Source: a bacterium (lineage in GTDB: Bacteria > UBA8248 > JACPRG01 > G963555815). From it: a stretch of DNA of 64,000 nt. A program made the position numbers and the translations under genes. Shown here in pieces: positions 20,541-31,339 of this stretch. The stretch lies in contig CBDHDG010000001.1 of NCBI GenBank assembly GCA_965261595.1, forward strand, positions 159,085-223,084, read 5' to 3'. Below the pieces are notes generated by a model. The model did no database searches. It had not been told where the DNA came from and was given only the letters and a program-made list of their open reading frames with translations. Each line of letters opens with the position of its first letter. Position 1 is the first letter of the stretch.

Positions 20541-21246
20541 ACTCGTAAAGTCGTATCGAAACCGACGGGTCGTTAACGACGTCAGCCTCGAGATCCACCT
20601 GGGAGAAATTGTCGGGCTTTTGGGTCCGAATGGGGCCGGAAAGACGACAAGTTTTTACATGGTCATTGGATTGGTGCGCCCCGATTCAGGGAAGGTTCTC
20701 CTCAACGGCAAAGACATCTCCGACCAACCCATGTACATGCGGGCCCGCATGGGGATTGGCTATCTGCCGCAGGAACCCTCGGTCTTCCGGAAGTTGACGG
20801 TCGAGGAGAACATCCTGGCCATCTTAGAGACGCAGGGATTAGGTCGCAACGAACGCAAAAAACGGGCGCGGGATCTGATGAAGGAGTTGAACATCTACCA
20901 TGTCCGGATGAACAAAGGGTATTCGCTGTCGGGCGGAGAGCGCCGGCGGGTCGAGATTTGCAGGGCCCTTTCCACATCGCCATTGTTCATCCTCCTGGAC
21001 GAACCCTTCGCCGGGATCGACCCCATCGTTGTGGGAGACATCCAAAACATGGTCATCCAGCTCAAGAACCGAAATATCGGCGTTCTCATCACCGATCACA
21101 ACGTCCGGGAAACCCTGCAAATCGTTGACCGGGCGTACATCCTCAATGAGGGTGAAGTGATCGAGAGCGGATCGCCCGAAAAGATTGCCAATAGCCAAAA
21201 AGCCCGGGATATTTACCTGGGCGAACGATTTTCGCTGAGTACATGA
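20494..21246 (+). CDS. lptB: LPS export ABC ATPase LptB
   Basis: [55 protein letters not shown]. Confidence 0.97.
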   Translation: MERAQPNPNGRLATRRLVKSYRNRRVVNDVSLEIHLGEIVGLLGPNGAGKTTSFYMVIGLVRPDSGKVLLNGKDISDQPMYMRARMGIGYLPQEPSVFRKLTVEENILAILETQGLGRNERKKRARDLMKELNIYHVRMNKGYSLSGGERRRVEICRALSTSPLFILLDEPFAGIDPIVVGDIQNMVIQLKNRNIGVLITDHNVRETLQIVDRAYILNEGEVIESGSPEKIANSQKARDIYLGERFSLST

Positions 21247-21366
21247 GCCGGTAGGCTCCTGAGCCGGTGCGTTTTCGGAGTCGGCGGGTCTGTCATGCGC
21301 CCGCGTCCGGATTGAGCGGTCCCTTGCGTCCATTGACCCAAGAGGCCGGGGAATTGGGATTTCTTC

Positions 21367-22807
21367 ATGAATATCGGACCCAGAATCGGTCAATACCAAA
21401 ACCTGAGTCAGAAGCTGGTCATGACGGCCATGCTTCAGCAGGCCATCAAGCTGCTGCCCCTGACCCGGCAGGAGCTGATTCTGAAAATTCGCCAGGAAAT
21501 GGTGGAAAACCCGTTCCTGGACGATGTCCAGGCCGAAGAAGACGGCTACGACATCGAGTCGGAAAGGGAAAATGGCAACACAGAGTCCTCTTCCGCCTCC
21601 ACCGAATCGGACTCCAGCGAGCCGGAGATAGACCTGACGTCCTACTTCGACTCCGACCTGGACATGGGATACCACGAAGCGGACCGCTCCGAGTTTCCCT
21701 CATTGGAAAACCGGCTTCGCAAAGAAACAACCCTCACCGATCACCTTTTGTGGCAGTTTTCATTGGCGGAGGTTCCGGAACGCCTCAAACCCGTGGGCGT
21801 CCAGATCATCGGGAATCTGAGCGACGACGGCTACTTTCGGGCGGAGGTCGAGGACATCGTCCTGGGGACCGACAGCACGCCCGATGACGTGGACCGAGCG
21901 CTTGAAATCATTCAAACCTTCGATCCGCCCGGCATCGCGGCCCGAAACCTCAAGGAATGCCTCCTCCTTCAAGTCCAATCTTTGGGGATCTTCGATCCGC
22001 TTCTCGACGAGATCCTGGAAAACCACCTCGAGCAATTGGAAGATCGCTTTCTCCCCAAGGTGGCTCGCTCCTTGGGGGTGGAGGTCTCAGAGGTGGTGGA
22101 AGTCGCGCAACTCATCCGCTCCCTGAACCCCCAGCCGGGCCTCCTGTTCAACGAAACTCGGTCCGAGTACGTTTACCCGGACGTCTACGTGCTCAAAACC
22201 GGGGTCGATCCGGGTGAGGAATACCAGATTTTTCTGAACGAGGACGGGATGCCCCGCCTCCGGATCAATTCCACCTATCGGGCGCTTCTTCGGGAAAAAT
22301 CCGCGGGCGACGGCCCGGCAGTACCTGAAAGACCGGCTCCGGTCCGCCCTGTGGCTCATCAAGAGCATCGAGCAACGGCGCCAGACCCTGATGAAGGTCT
22401 CCCGGAGCATCGTCCGGTTCCAGCGGGATTTTCTCGATCACGGGATACAATCCCTCCGGCCCTTGGTCCTTCGGGACGTGGCCCTGGACATCGGCATGCA
22501 CGAATCCACCGTCAGCCGTGTCACGACCGGCAAGTACATGCACACGCCCCAGGGTATTTTCGAGTTGAAGTTCTTCTTTCACAGTGAGTTGAAATCGCGG
22601 TTCGGGGAGAGCACTTCGTCGGTCTCGGTGAAAGACCAGATCCGCCGGTTGATCGATGATGAGGACGCCCAGCACCCCTTGACCGATCAACGGATCGTCG
22701 ATCTGCTGAACAGACGGAACGTCGAAATCGCGCGGCGGACCGTGACCAAATACCGCAAGGGATTAAGGATCCCGCCGGCCAGCAGGCGAAAACGGGTCGC
22801 CCTTTGA
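21367..22807 (+). CDS. rpoN: RNA polymerase sigma-54 factor (frameshift ~22305)
   Basis: LQQAIKLL...ENPFL, AARNLKECL; second frame ARQYLKDRLRSALWLIKSIEQRR, HESTVSR, RpoN box ARRTVTKYR. Confidence 0.95.
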
Positions 22808-22936
22808 AACTTTCGACCCGCCCCGCCGTCATCGGACGTCAACGCCCCGTCGCCTGGAGTCAATCGTGAAAACGCGCCAAAAGCCCCCCCGTGGGGCCGG
22901 ACAGGGTTGGGGTTAAGCTCCGGAAGGGGGCGCAAC

Positions 22937-23323
22937 ATGCAGGTGGCCATCACCGCTCGACACATCCAACTCTCCAATGCGATGAAAGAACACGTGGAGG
23001 AGCGGGTCGGGAGGCTGGAACGTTTGTTGGCCCCCCCGGTCTCCGCCAACATCGTTCTCCTGGTGGAAAATTACAGGCAAACCGCCGAGATCACCCTCCA
23101 TGGAAACGGGGCCAAATTCCATGGCGAGGATGTCGCCCACGACATCTACGTCGCCATCGAAAACTCCGTCGAAAAGGTTCGCCGTCAGATTGAAAAACAT
23201 AAAGACCGAATCGGATCAGATCGAATCCGTGAGAATCAAAAGCATTCCGAAGCCGCGAAATCCCAGCCGGAGACCGGGGGGGAGCCGGGTGAGAACGCCC
23301 CCCCGGACGAGGAACCCGTGTAA
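22937..23323 (+). CDS. hpf: Ribosome hibernation promoting factor (HPF/RaiA), short form
   Basis: MQVAITARHIQLS...DIYVAIENSVEKVRRQIEKHKDR; follows rpoN. Confidence 0.9.
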   Translation: MQVAITARHIQLSNAMKEHVEERVGRLERLLAPPVSANIVLLVENYRQTAEITLHGNGAKFHGEDVAHDIYVAIENSVEKVRRQIEKHKDRIGSDRIRENQKHSEAAKSQPETGGEPGENAPPDEEPV

Positions 23324-23520
23324 GTTCATCCGCGCCCGGGCGAAGCCCTTCCCGTCATGAAAAACTCGCACGTCCCAGCGAAACCCACATCGGTTGCGGA
23401 GACCGCGCCCTAATCGACCTCCAATGAATATCCGTTCTTCGTCTTTCAGATTTCGCTGATCGAAGAAATTAATGTTGTCTCTCTCCGGCGAGATGGGCAA
23501 ATTGGACTTATTACGCCGGA
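23324..23520 (+). pseudogene. Decayed in-frame C-terminal (dimerisation) domain of long HPF
   Basis: Same frame as hpf after its TAA: KPTSVAETAP*STSNEYPFFVFQISLIEEINVVSLRRDGQIGL, resembling long-HPF KPMxxEEA...FFVF...NVVYRRxDGxYGL. Confidence 0.75.
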
Positions 23521-23627
23521 TCAGACCTGACGTCCGCGCCCGGTGAACACCAGGATGTATTTCCATGGCCGGGGCGGCGCAAGTAGTCGATGCGACTACG
23601 CCGCCCAAGGGGAGAGCATGGCCTCCG

Positions 23628-24608
23628 ATGACTGATCTCACGGTGAAAGACCTGTTCGAAGAGCAGAAAGAGCCGTTGCGCCTCGAATTGGTGGCCGGCG
23701 GGCGTTCGCTCGACAACCCGCTTTCCAATCCCCGCCTCCAGAAGTACAGCCTGGCCTTCTCCGGATTCTACGAGAACTTCCATCCCGAGCGCGTCCAGGT
23801 CCTGGGCGAAACAGAGCTCCGCTACCTGGCGACGCTCTCCGAAGAGGGCGCGCGCGACGCGATCCGGACCTTCTGCGCCTATCCGGTTTGCTGCATCTTC
23901 GTCACCAAGGGACTGGACGTTCCCTCGGATTTCATCAACGCGGCCGAGGAATCGGGCATTCCCATGCTGCGCTCGGCGCTGCAAAGCTCCTGGGTCATCT
24001 CCCACCTCTCCACTTACCTGGAGACCCGCCTGGCGCGTGGGATCAACCTCCACGGCGTCTTAATCGATGTGGACGATGTAGGTCTGCTGATCCTGGGGAA
24101 AAGCGGCATTGGAAAAAGCGAAAGCGCGCTCCACCTTGTCCAGCGCGGGCATCGCCTGGTGGCCGATGACGTGGTTCAAATCCGCCGAACGGGAGATTTG
24201 GATTTGCTCATCGGGCGGGGGATGGAGCTCAGCCGCTACCACATGGAGATTCGCGGTCTCGGCATCCTGAACATCCGGGACCTGTTCGGCGTGGTGTCCA
24301 TCCGGGAGGAAAAGCGGATCGAGTTGGTCGTCCAGTTGGAGGAGTGGGATCCGGAGGAGGAGTACGAACGCCTCGGACTGGACGAGCACGTCCACGAGAT
24401 TCTCGGGGTTTCGCTGCCCCTCGTCCGGCTCCCCGTCAAACCAGGCCGGAACATTCCGACCTTGTTGGAGGTGGCCTCCCGAAACCACCTCCTCAAAACC
24501 ATGGGCCACCGTTCCGCCGAGGCATTCAACAAAGACATCCTCAAGCGTCTGAGCGAAACCGCCGGTCCCGTCGGCCCGGAGAATCGCGCCGAGACGGGCG
24601 GGAATTGA
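23628..24608 (+). CDS. hprK: HPr kinase/phosphorylase
   Basis: LHGVL, GKSGIGKSE, GHRLVADD, MEIRGLGILN, PVKPGRN. Confidence 0.96.
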   Translation: MTDLTVKDLFEEQKEPLRLELVAGGRSLDNPLSNPRLQKYSLAFSGFYENFHPERVQVLGETELRYLATLSEEGARDAIRTFCAYPVCCIFVTKGLDVPSDFINAAEESGIPMLRSALQSSWVISHLSTYLETRLARGINLHGVLIDVDDVGLLILGKSGIGKSESALHLVQRGHRLVADDVVQIRRTGDLDLLIGRGMELSRYHMEIRGLGILNIRDLFGVVSIREEKRIELVVQLEEWDPEEEYERLGLDEHVHEILGVSLPLVRLPVKPGRNIPTLLEVASRNHLLKTMGHRSAEAFNKDILKRLSETAGPVGPENRAETGGN

Positions 24609-24609
24609 G

Positions 24610-25140
24610 ATGAAAGGCGGCCCGAACACAGATCGGAAGAGCGCGCGCCCGACCCCCTCTCCCCCCCCGGCCCCCCCGGCCCCTTCCGCCGCGCCGGGGC
24701 CCGAGAAAACCGAGGAGGGATCGTCCTCCTTGGGGGTGGTCATCGTGGCCCACGGCTCTTTGGCGCCGGTCCTCCAGGAAAACGCTGAAGGGATCGTGGG
24801 AAAGCTGCCCCGCTGCCGCGCCATCCACGTAGATCAAAACGTGGATGTGGACGAGGCGCGGGCCTCCATCGGCCGGGCGATACGGGCGGTGGACGGCGGC
24901 GGGGGGGTCTTGCTCCTGACCGATATGCTCGGGGGCACGCCGTCCAACGTGAGCCTTTCCTTCCTGGAACAACTCAACATCGAGGTGGTCACGGGCGTGA
25001 ACCTTCCCATGTTGTTGAAGCTGCCGTTCATCCTGGATAAGCTTCCGTTGCGGGACGCCGCGGCGTTTATCCGCGATTATGGACGGAAAAATATCACCGT
25101 GGCCGGGGACATCCTCGACATGGGGGAGCCGTCCACGTGA
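24610..25140 (+). CDS. PTS EIIA, mannose/fructose-type
   Basis: VIVAHG, LTDMLGGTPSN, TGVNLPML. Confidence 0.92.
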   Translation: MKGGPNTDRKSARPTPSPPPAPPAPSAAPGPEKTEEGSSSLGVVIVAHGSLAPVLQENAEGIVGKLPRCRAIHVDQNVDVDEARASIGRAIRAVDGGGGVLLLTDMLGGTPSNVSLSFLEQLNIEVVTGVNLPMLLKLPFILDKLPLRDAAAFIRDYGRKNITVAGDILDMGEPST

Positions 25141-25415
25141 GCGATGCGATCGAAGCCGAGGTGATGATTCGGAACCGGCTGGGCCTGCACGCCCGCCCCG
25201 CGGCGGCCTTCGTCAAGATCACGAACCGCTATCAAAGCGAGATCACCGTCTCCAAGAAAGACTTGCAGGTGAACGGCAAAAGCATCATGGGCGTCATGAT
25301 GCTGGGGGCGGCGCAGGGAAGCCGGATTCACCTCCGCGCCCAGGGGGAAGACGCAAAGGCCCTGATTGAGGAACTCATCGATCTGGTGAACCGCGAGTTC
25401 AACGAGTCGTCATGA
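25137..25415 (+). CDS. ptsH: Phosphocarrier HPr
   Basis: GLHARP (His15) and NGKSIMGVM (Ser46). Confidence 0.96.
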   Translation: MSDAIEAEVMIRNRLGLHARPAAAFVKITNRYQSEITVSKKDLQVNGKSIMGVMMLGAAQGSRIHLRAQGEDAKALIEELIDLVNREFNESS

Positions 25416-27211
25416 CCGAATCTCATACCCCCGAAGAATTCACCCTCCGCGGTATCGGCGTCTCGCCGGGGATCGTCAGCGGGGAGGCCGCGCTCATCGA
25501 GGGCGGGGACCTGCGGATTCCCCGCTACCGGATCACCCCGCCCGAGGTCGACGAGGAGATCGCGCGAATCCGGCGGGCCCTCGAGGAGACCGGGGCCGAG
25601 ATCCGGGAGACGCGCGATCGACTGGCCGACGAGATCAGCAAAGAACACCTCTTCATCCTGGATTCGCACCTCATGATCCTGGTGGACGAAATGCTCGTGG
25701 GGGAAACCGTCGAGACCATCCGGCAAAACCGCTGGAACGCCGAAGCCGCGCTGGAGGACACCCTGGCGAGGCATCAGGCGAAGTTTTCCGATATCGATAA
25801 CGAATACCTGAGAGACCGCCGCAACGACATCCGCCAGGTCGGCCGTCACATCCAGCGGAACCTGATGGGGGTGGAAGGGCCGCTCGCGCCCCAGAAGGGA
25901 TCCCCCGTGATCCTGGTGGCCCACGATTTGACGGCCGCCGACCTCCTGCGAATCAATCCCGGGCAGATCCTGGGCTTCATCACCGAGCTGGGCGGACGAA
26001 CCTCCCACAACGCGATCATCGCCGGCACACTGGGCATACCCGCCATCCTGGGCATGACCCACGCCACCCGACGCATCCGGCAGGGGGACAAGCTGGCCCT
26101 GGATGGAGGAACGGGCGTTGTCCGGGTCCACCCCACCTCCCAAACCCTGGAAGATGCGGACCGCCTGCGAAAGCGCTATGATCGGCGCCAACGTGATTTG
26201 CTGCGCCTGCGGGATCTGCCCTGCGTGACCACGGACGGCGTCCGGGTGACCCTCCGGGCCAACATCGGATCGCCTGCCGAGGTGGACGTCCTCCGCGAAC
26301 GCGGGGCCCAGGGCGTCGGCCTGTATCGGACGGAATACCTGTTCTTGAACCGGAGCGATCTCCCCACCGAGCAGGAGCACCTCGATGTTTACCGGCGGGT
26401 GATGGAGGGGGTCTCTCCCGACACCGCCGTGTTTCGGACCTTCGATCTGGGAGGGGACGTCACGGCCCGGACGCTGGGAAGCGCCGAGGAGGCGAACCCC
26501 GTGCTGGGCCTGCGCGCCATCCGCCTCGCCCTCGCGAAGACGGACGTCTTGAGGACCCAGCTCCGCGCCCTCCTGAGGGCCTCGGCCCAGGGGCGTCTCG
26601 GGATCCTCCACCCTTTCATCTCCGGCCTGGAAGAGGTGCGGAGCGTGAACGCCCTGATGCGGGATCTGGCCGCGGAGCTCGAGGCCGAAGGGGTCCGCTT
26701 GCCGGAGTTGCCTCCCGTGGGCGTCTTGGTGGAAACTCCCGCCGCGGCCCTGACGGCCGATATCCTGGCCCAGGAGGTGTCCTTTTTCACCATCGGGACG
26801 AATGACCTGACCCAGTACACCCTGGCGGCCGACCGGGGCAATGAACAGGTGTCCTATCTTTACAACCCGCTGCATCCTGCGGTGCTGCGGCTGATTCGAG
26901 GCGTCATCGACTCGGCCGCCCAGGCCGGCATCGAGGTGAGCGTCTGCGGGGAAATGGCCGCGGACCCGATATCGGCCGTCCTGCTGGTGGGGATGGGGGT
27001 CCGGGAGCTCAGCATGATCCCCCACCGGATCCCCCGGATCAAGGAAGTCCTGCGGGGGGTTTCGGCGGTCCAGGCGGAACGCTGGGCCCAAGAGGCATTG
27101 GGCCTCCCCTCGGCGGAGGAAATCCATGTCTGGGCCGAGAAGAATCTGAAATTTGCGGAATTCACCGCGCCGGCGCCTCGGGCGTCCGTCGCATTGGACC
27201 GGACGGGCTGA
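25412..27211 (+). CDS. ptsI: PTS enzyme I
   Basis: GGRTSH, GVGLYRTE, EANPVLGLRAIR, IGTNDLTQY, CGEMA. Confidence 0.97.
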   Translation: MTESHTPEEFTLRGIGVSPGIVSGEAALIEGGDLRIPRYRITPPEVDEEIARIRRALEETGAEIRETRDRLADEISKEHLFILDSHLMILVDEMLVGETVETIRQNRWNAEAALEDTLARHQAKFSDIDNEYLRDRRNDIRQVGRHIQRNLMGVEGPLAPQKGSPVILVAHDLTAADLLRINPGQILGFITELGGRTSHNAIIAGTLGIPAILGMTHATRRIRQGDKLALDGGTGVVRVHPTSQTLEDADRLRKRYDRRQRDLLRLRDLPCVTTDGVRVTLRANIGSPAEVDVLRERGAQGVGLYRTEYLFLNRSDLPTEQEHLDVYRRVMEGVSPDTAVFRTFDLGGDVTARTLGSAEEANPVLGLRAIRLALAKTDVLRTQLRALLRASAQGRLGILHPFISGLEEVRSVNALMRDLAAELEAEGVRLPELPPVGVLVETPAAALTADILAQEVSFFTIGTNDLTQYTLAADRGNEQVSYLYNPLHPAVLRLIRGVIDSAAQAGIEVSVCGEMAADPISAVLLVGMGVRELSMIPHRIPRIKEVLRGVSAVQAERWAQEALGLPSAEEIHVWAEKNLKFAEFTAPAPRASVALDRTG

Positions 27212-27271
27212 ACGCCGACTCCCTGTACGGCTCCCCCGTCAAACCAAGAAAGAGAAAGGAAGACAATCACC

Positions 27272-28435
27272 ATGAGTTCGAATTTTTTCTTTACCTCCGA
27301 GTCGGTCACGGAGGGACACCCCGACAAGGTGTCCGACCAGATATCCGACGCGGTTTTGGACGGCATCTATGAAACCGACCCGCTGGGACGCGTGGCCTGC
27401 GAGACCCTCGTCACCACGGGGCTGATTTTCCTGGCGGGAGAGATCACCACAACCGCATACGTGGACATTCCGAAGATCGCCCGTGAAACCATCCGCCGGA
27501 TCGGCTACACGCGGGCCAAGTACGGGTTCGACTACGAAACCTGCTCAGTCCTGACCTCGATTGACGAACAGTCACCCGACATCGCCCTGGGCGTGGACGA
27601 TACGGCCGACCACGAGCAGGGGGCCGGCGATCAGGGCCTCATGTTCGGCTACGCCACGAACGAGACCGAAGAGCTGATGCCCCTGCCCATCATGCTCGCC
27701 CACAAGCTCTGCCGGAAACTGGCCGAAGTCCGCAAGGGGGACATCATTCCCTACCTGCGGCCCGACGGCAAGAGTCAGGTCACGGTCGAGTACGAAAACG
27801 GAAAGCCCATTCGGGTGGACACCGTCGTCATCTCCACCCAGCACGGAGACAACGTTCACCTGAGTGAGATCCGTGAGGACATGATCGAAAAGGTCATCAA
27901 ACCCACCATTCCTTCCTCCCTTCTCGACGATGAAAAAATCACCTATCACGTCAACCCCACCGGACGCTTCGTGACCGGCGGACCGATGGGGGACTGCGGA
28001 CTGACCGGCCGGAAGATCATCGTGGACACCTACGGCGGCGTCGGCAGCCACGGCGGCGGCGCCTTCTCCGGCAAGGACCCCAGCAAGGTCGATCGATCCG
28101 CCTCCTACATGGCCCGCCACATCGCGAAGAACATGGTGGCCTCCGGGGCGATGGACAAGTGCGAAGTCCAGCTTGCTTACGCCATCGGCGTGGCGGATCC
28201 GGTCTCGATCCTGGTCGACGACTTCGGAACGGGCCGCGTCGATCTGGATAAAGCCGTCCGGGCCATCCGGGACGTCTTCGTGCTGAAACCCAGGGAGATC
28301 ATCGACTACCTTAAGCTCCGGCGGCCCATTTTTCAAAAAACCGCCGCATACGGCCACTTCGGAAGGAACGACCCCGATTTCACATGGGAGCTCGCGAACC
28401 GCGCGGCCGATCTAAAGACCGCCATGGGCCTCTGA
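27272..28435 (+). CDS. metK: S-adenosylmethionine synthetase
   Basis: [28 protein letters not shown]. Confidence 0.98.
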   Translation: MSSNFFFTSESVTEGHPDKVSDQISDAVLDGIYETDPLGRVACETLVTTGLIFLAGEITTTAYVDIPKIARETIRRIGYTRAKYGFDYETCSVLTSIDEQSPDIALGVDDTADHEQGAGDQGLMFGYATNETEELMPLPIMLAHKLCRKLAEVRKGDIIPYLRPDGKSQVTVEYENGKPIRVDTVVISTQHGDNVHLSEIREDMIEKVIKPTIPSSLLDDEKITYHVNPTGRFVTGGPMGDCGLTGRKIIVDTYGGVGSHGGGAFSGKDPSKVDRSASYMARHIAKNMVASGAMDKCEVQLAYAIGVADPVSILVDDFGTGRVDLDKAVRAIRDVFVLKPREIIDYLKLRRPIFQKTAAYGHFGRNDPDFTWELANRAADLKTAMGL

Positions 28436-28480
28436 GTCGCCTGTTTCCCCTTCACCCTTCTTCATCCACCGAAAGGTTGA

Positions 28481-29740
<1,260 letters not shown>

Positions 29741-30027
29741 CCCCTCGCATACCCGCGCCCGGCCCGGAGGTTGCAATCGGCCCCCACAATATTTAAATTC
29801 GAGCGTTACGCATCCCGCGCCGGGGACGACGCGGGGATTTCAGGGATTCGCGCGCATCCTCCGGAGCCCCGGAGGGTCAACTGACCCCTTGGGTCCACCA
29901 ACCCCATGGGTCAACCGACCCACAGGACCGCCGCGAAATCTCTTCGGTGAGTCTCTTTTTTCGATCGATGGGCCGCTCGGCGACCGTCCGGGCGGCCCAT
30001 CGTCAGCGAGTCTGGAGGACAGGGGTA

Positions 30028-31146
30028 ATGGCCAACGCATCTGTGACCGAGGAGCAAGTTTTAGACGCCCTCCGGGGCATCCAGGATCCCGACCTGAACC
30101 GGGACATCGTCACCCTTGGTTTCATCAAGGATTTGAGTCTCGCCGGTTCCGAGGTGTCGTTCACCATCGAGCTGACGACACCCGCCTGCCCCGTCAAGGA
30201 AGAGATGCAGGCCCAGGCCGAAAGACTCGTGGGCGAGTTGGCCGGCGTGGAACGGGTCTCGGTGCGGATGACCGCCCAGGTCCCCCCCGGACGCGTCATG
30301 GCCGACCGCCAGGCCATCCCCGGGGTCAAGAACTTCATCGCCGTCGCCAGCGGAAAGGGCGGCGTCGGAAAATCCACCGTCGCGGTCAACCTCGCCCTCG
30401 CCCTGGCGCAATACGGCGCCGCCGTCGGCCTGATGGATTCGGACATCTTCGGACCGAGCATTCCCCTGATGATGAACATCGCCGGCCAGCCCAAGGTCAC
30501 CGAGGGCAACCGGATCCTCCCCATGCAGAACTACGGCGTGAAGGTCATCTCCATGGGCCTGCTTCTGGGAGACCGGGACGACACGCCCATCATCTGGCGC
30601 GGACCGATGGTCATGCAGGCGGTCACACAGTTCATCCAGGGCGTGGATTGGGGCGAGTTGGACTACCTGGTCGTGGACATGCCGCCGGGAACCGGCGACG
30701 CCCACCTGACCCTGACGCAGCGCGTCCCTCTCACCGGCGCGGTCATCGTCACCACCCCCCAGGACATCGCCTTGCTGGACGCGAAAAAAGGACTCCAGAT
30801 GTTCAACAAGGTGGAAACCCCCATCCTCGGGATCATCGAAAACATGAGCTATTTTCTTTGCCCCCACTGCGGCGAGCGCTCGGAGATCTTCGGTTACGGC
30901 GGGGGACGGAGGATGGCGGACCAGTACGAGGTGCCTTTCCTGGGCGAGATCCCGCTGGATATCCGCATCCGAGAGTACGGCGATGAGGGACGGCCCATTG
31001 TGTACGCGGACCCCGAGTCCCCTGTTGCGGAGGCCTTCCGGAAGCTGGCCGGCGCGGTGGCGGCCCGGATCAGCATGATCAACATCGGCGAGGGAACGGC
31101 CGACAGACCCGACTCGACGACGTTCATTCCGTTGAAGATGGGCTAG
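30028..31146 (+). CDS. mrp: Mrp/ApbC iron-sulfur cluster carrier ATPase
   Basis: DUF59 N-terminus, GKGGVGKST, IWRGPM, DMPPGTGD, ENMSYFLCPHC. Confidence 0.95.
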   Translation: MANASVTEEQVLDALRGIQDPDLNRDIVTLGFIKDLSLAGSEVSFTIELTTPACPVKEEMQAQAERLVGELAGVERVSVRMTAQVPPGRVMADRQAIPGVKNFIAVASGKGGVGKSTVAVNLALALAQYGAAVGLMDSDIFGPSIPLMMNIAGQPKVTEGNRILPMQNYGVKVISMGLLLGDRDDTPIIWRGPMVMQAVTQFIQGVDWGELDYLVVDMPPGTGDAHLTLTQRVPLTGAVIVTTPQDIALLDAKKGLQMFNKVETPILGIIENMSYFLCPHCGERSEIFGYGGGRRMADQYEVPFLGEIPLDIRIREYGDEGRPIVYADPESPVAEAFRKLAGAVAARISMINIGEGTADRPDSTTFIPLKMG

Positions 31147-31339
31147 CGGGCTGCGGAAATCCGCGCAATCATTCTTCGGAGCTTTCAGTGGGCGATGGAG
31201 CGGCCCTGCCAGTGTAGCTCCGATGATTTCTCTCTTTCGATGACCGGTCTCTATGCGCGGAGAATTCCTGTCCCCGGCAATCATCCTTGGATCCACAATC
31301 GCTCCGGTCCGTCTTTTCCATCGATTACAGAGAAGAGGT

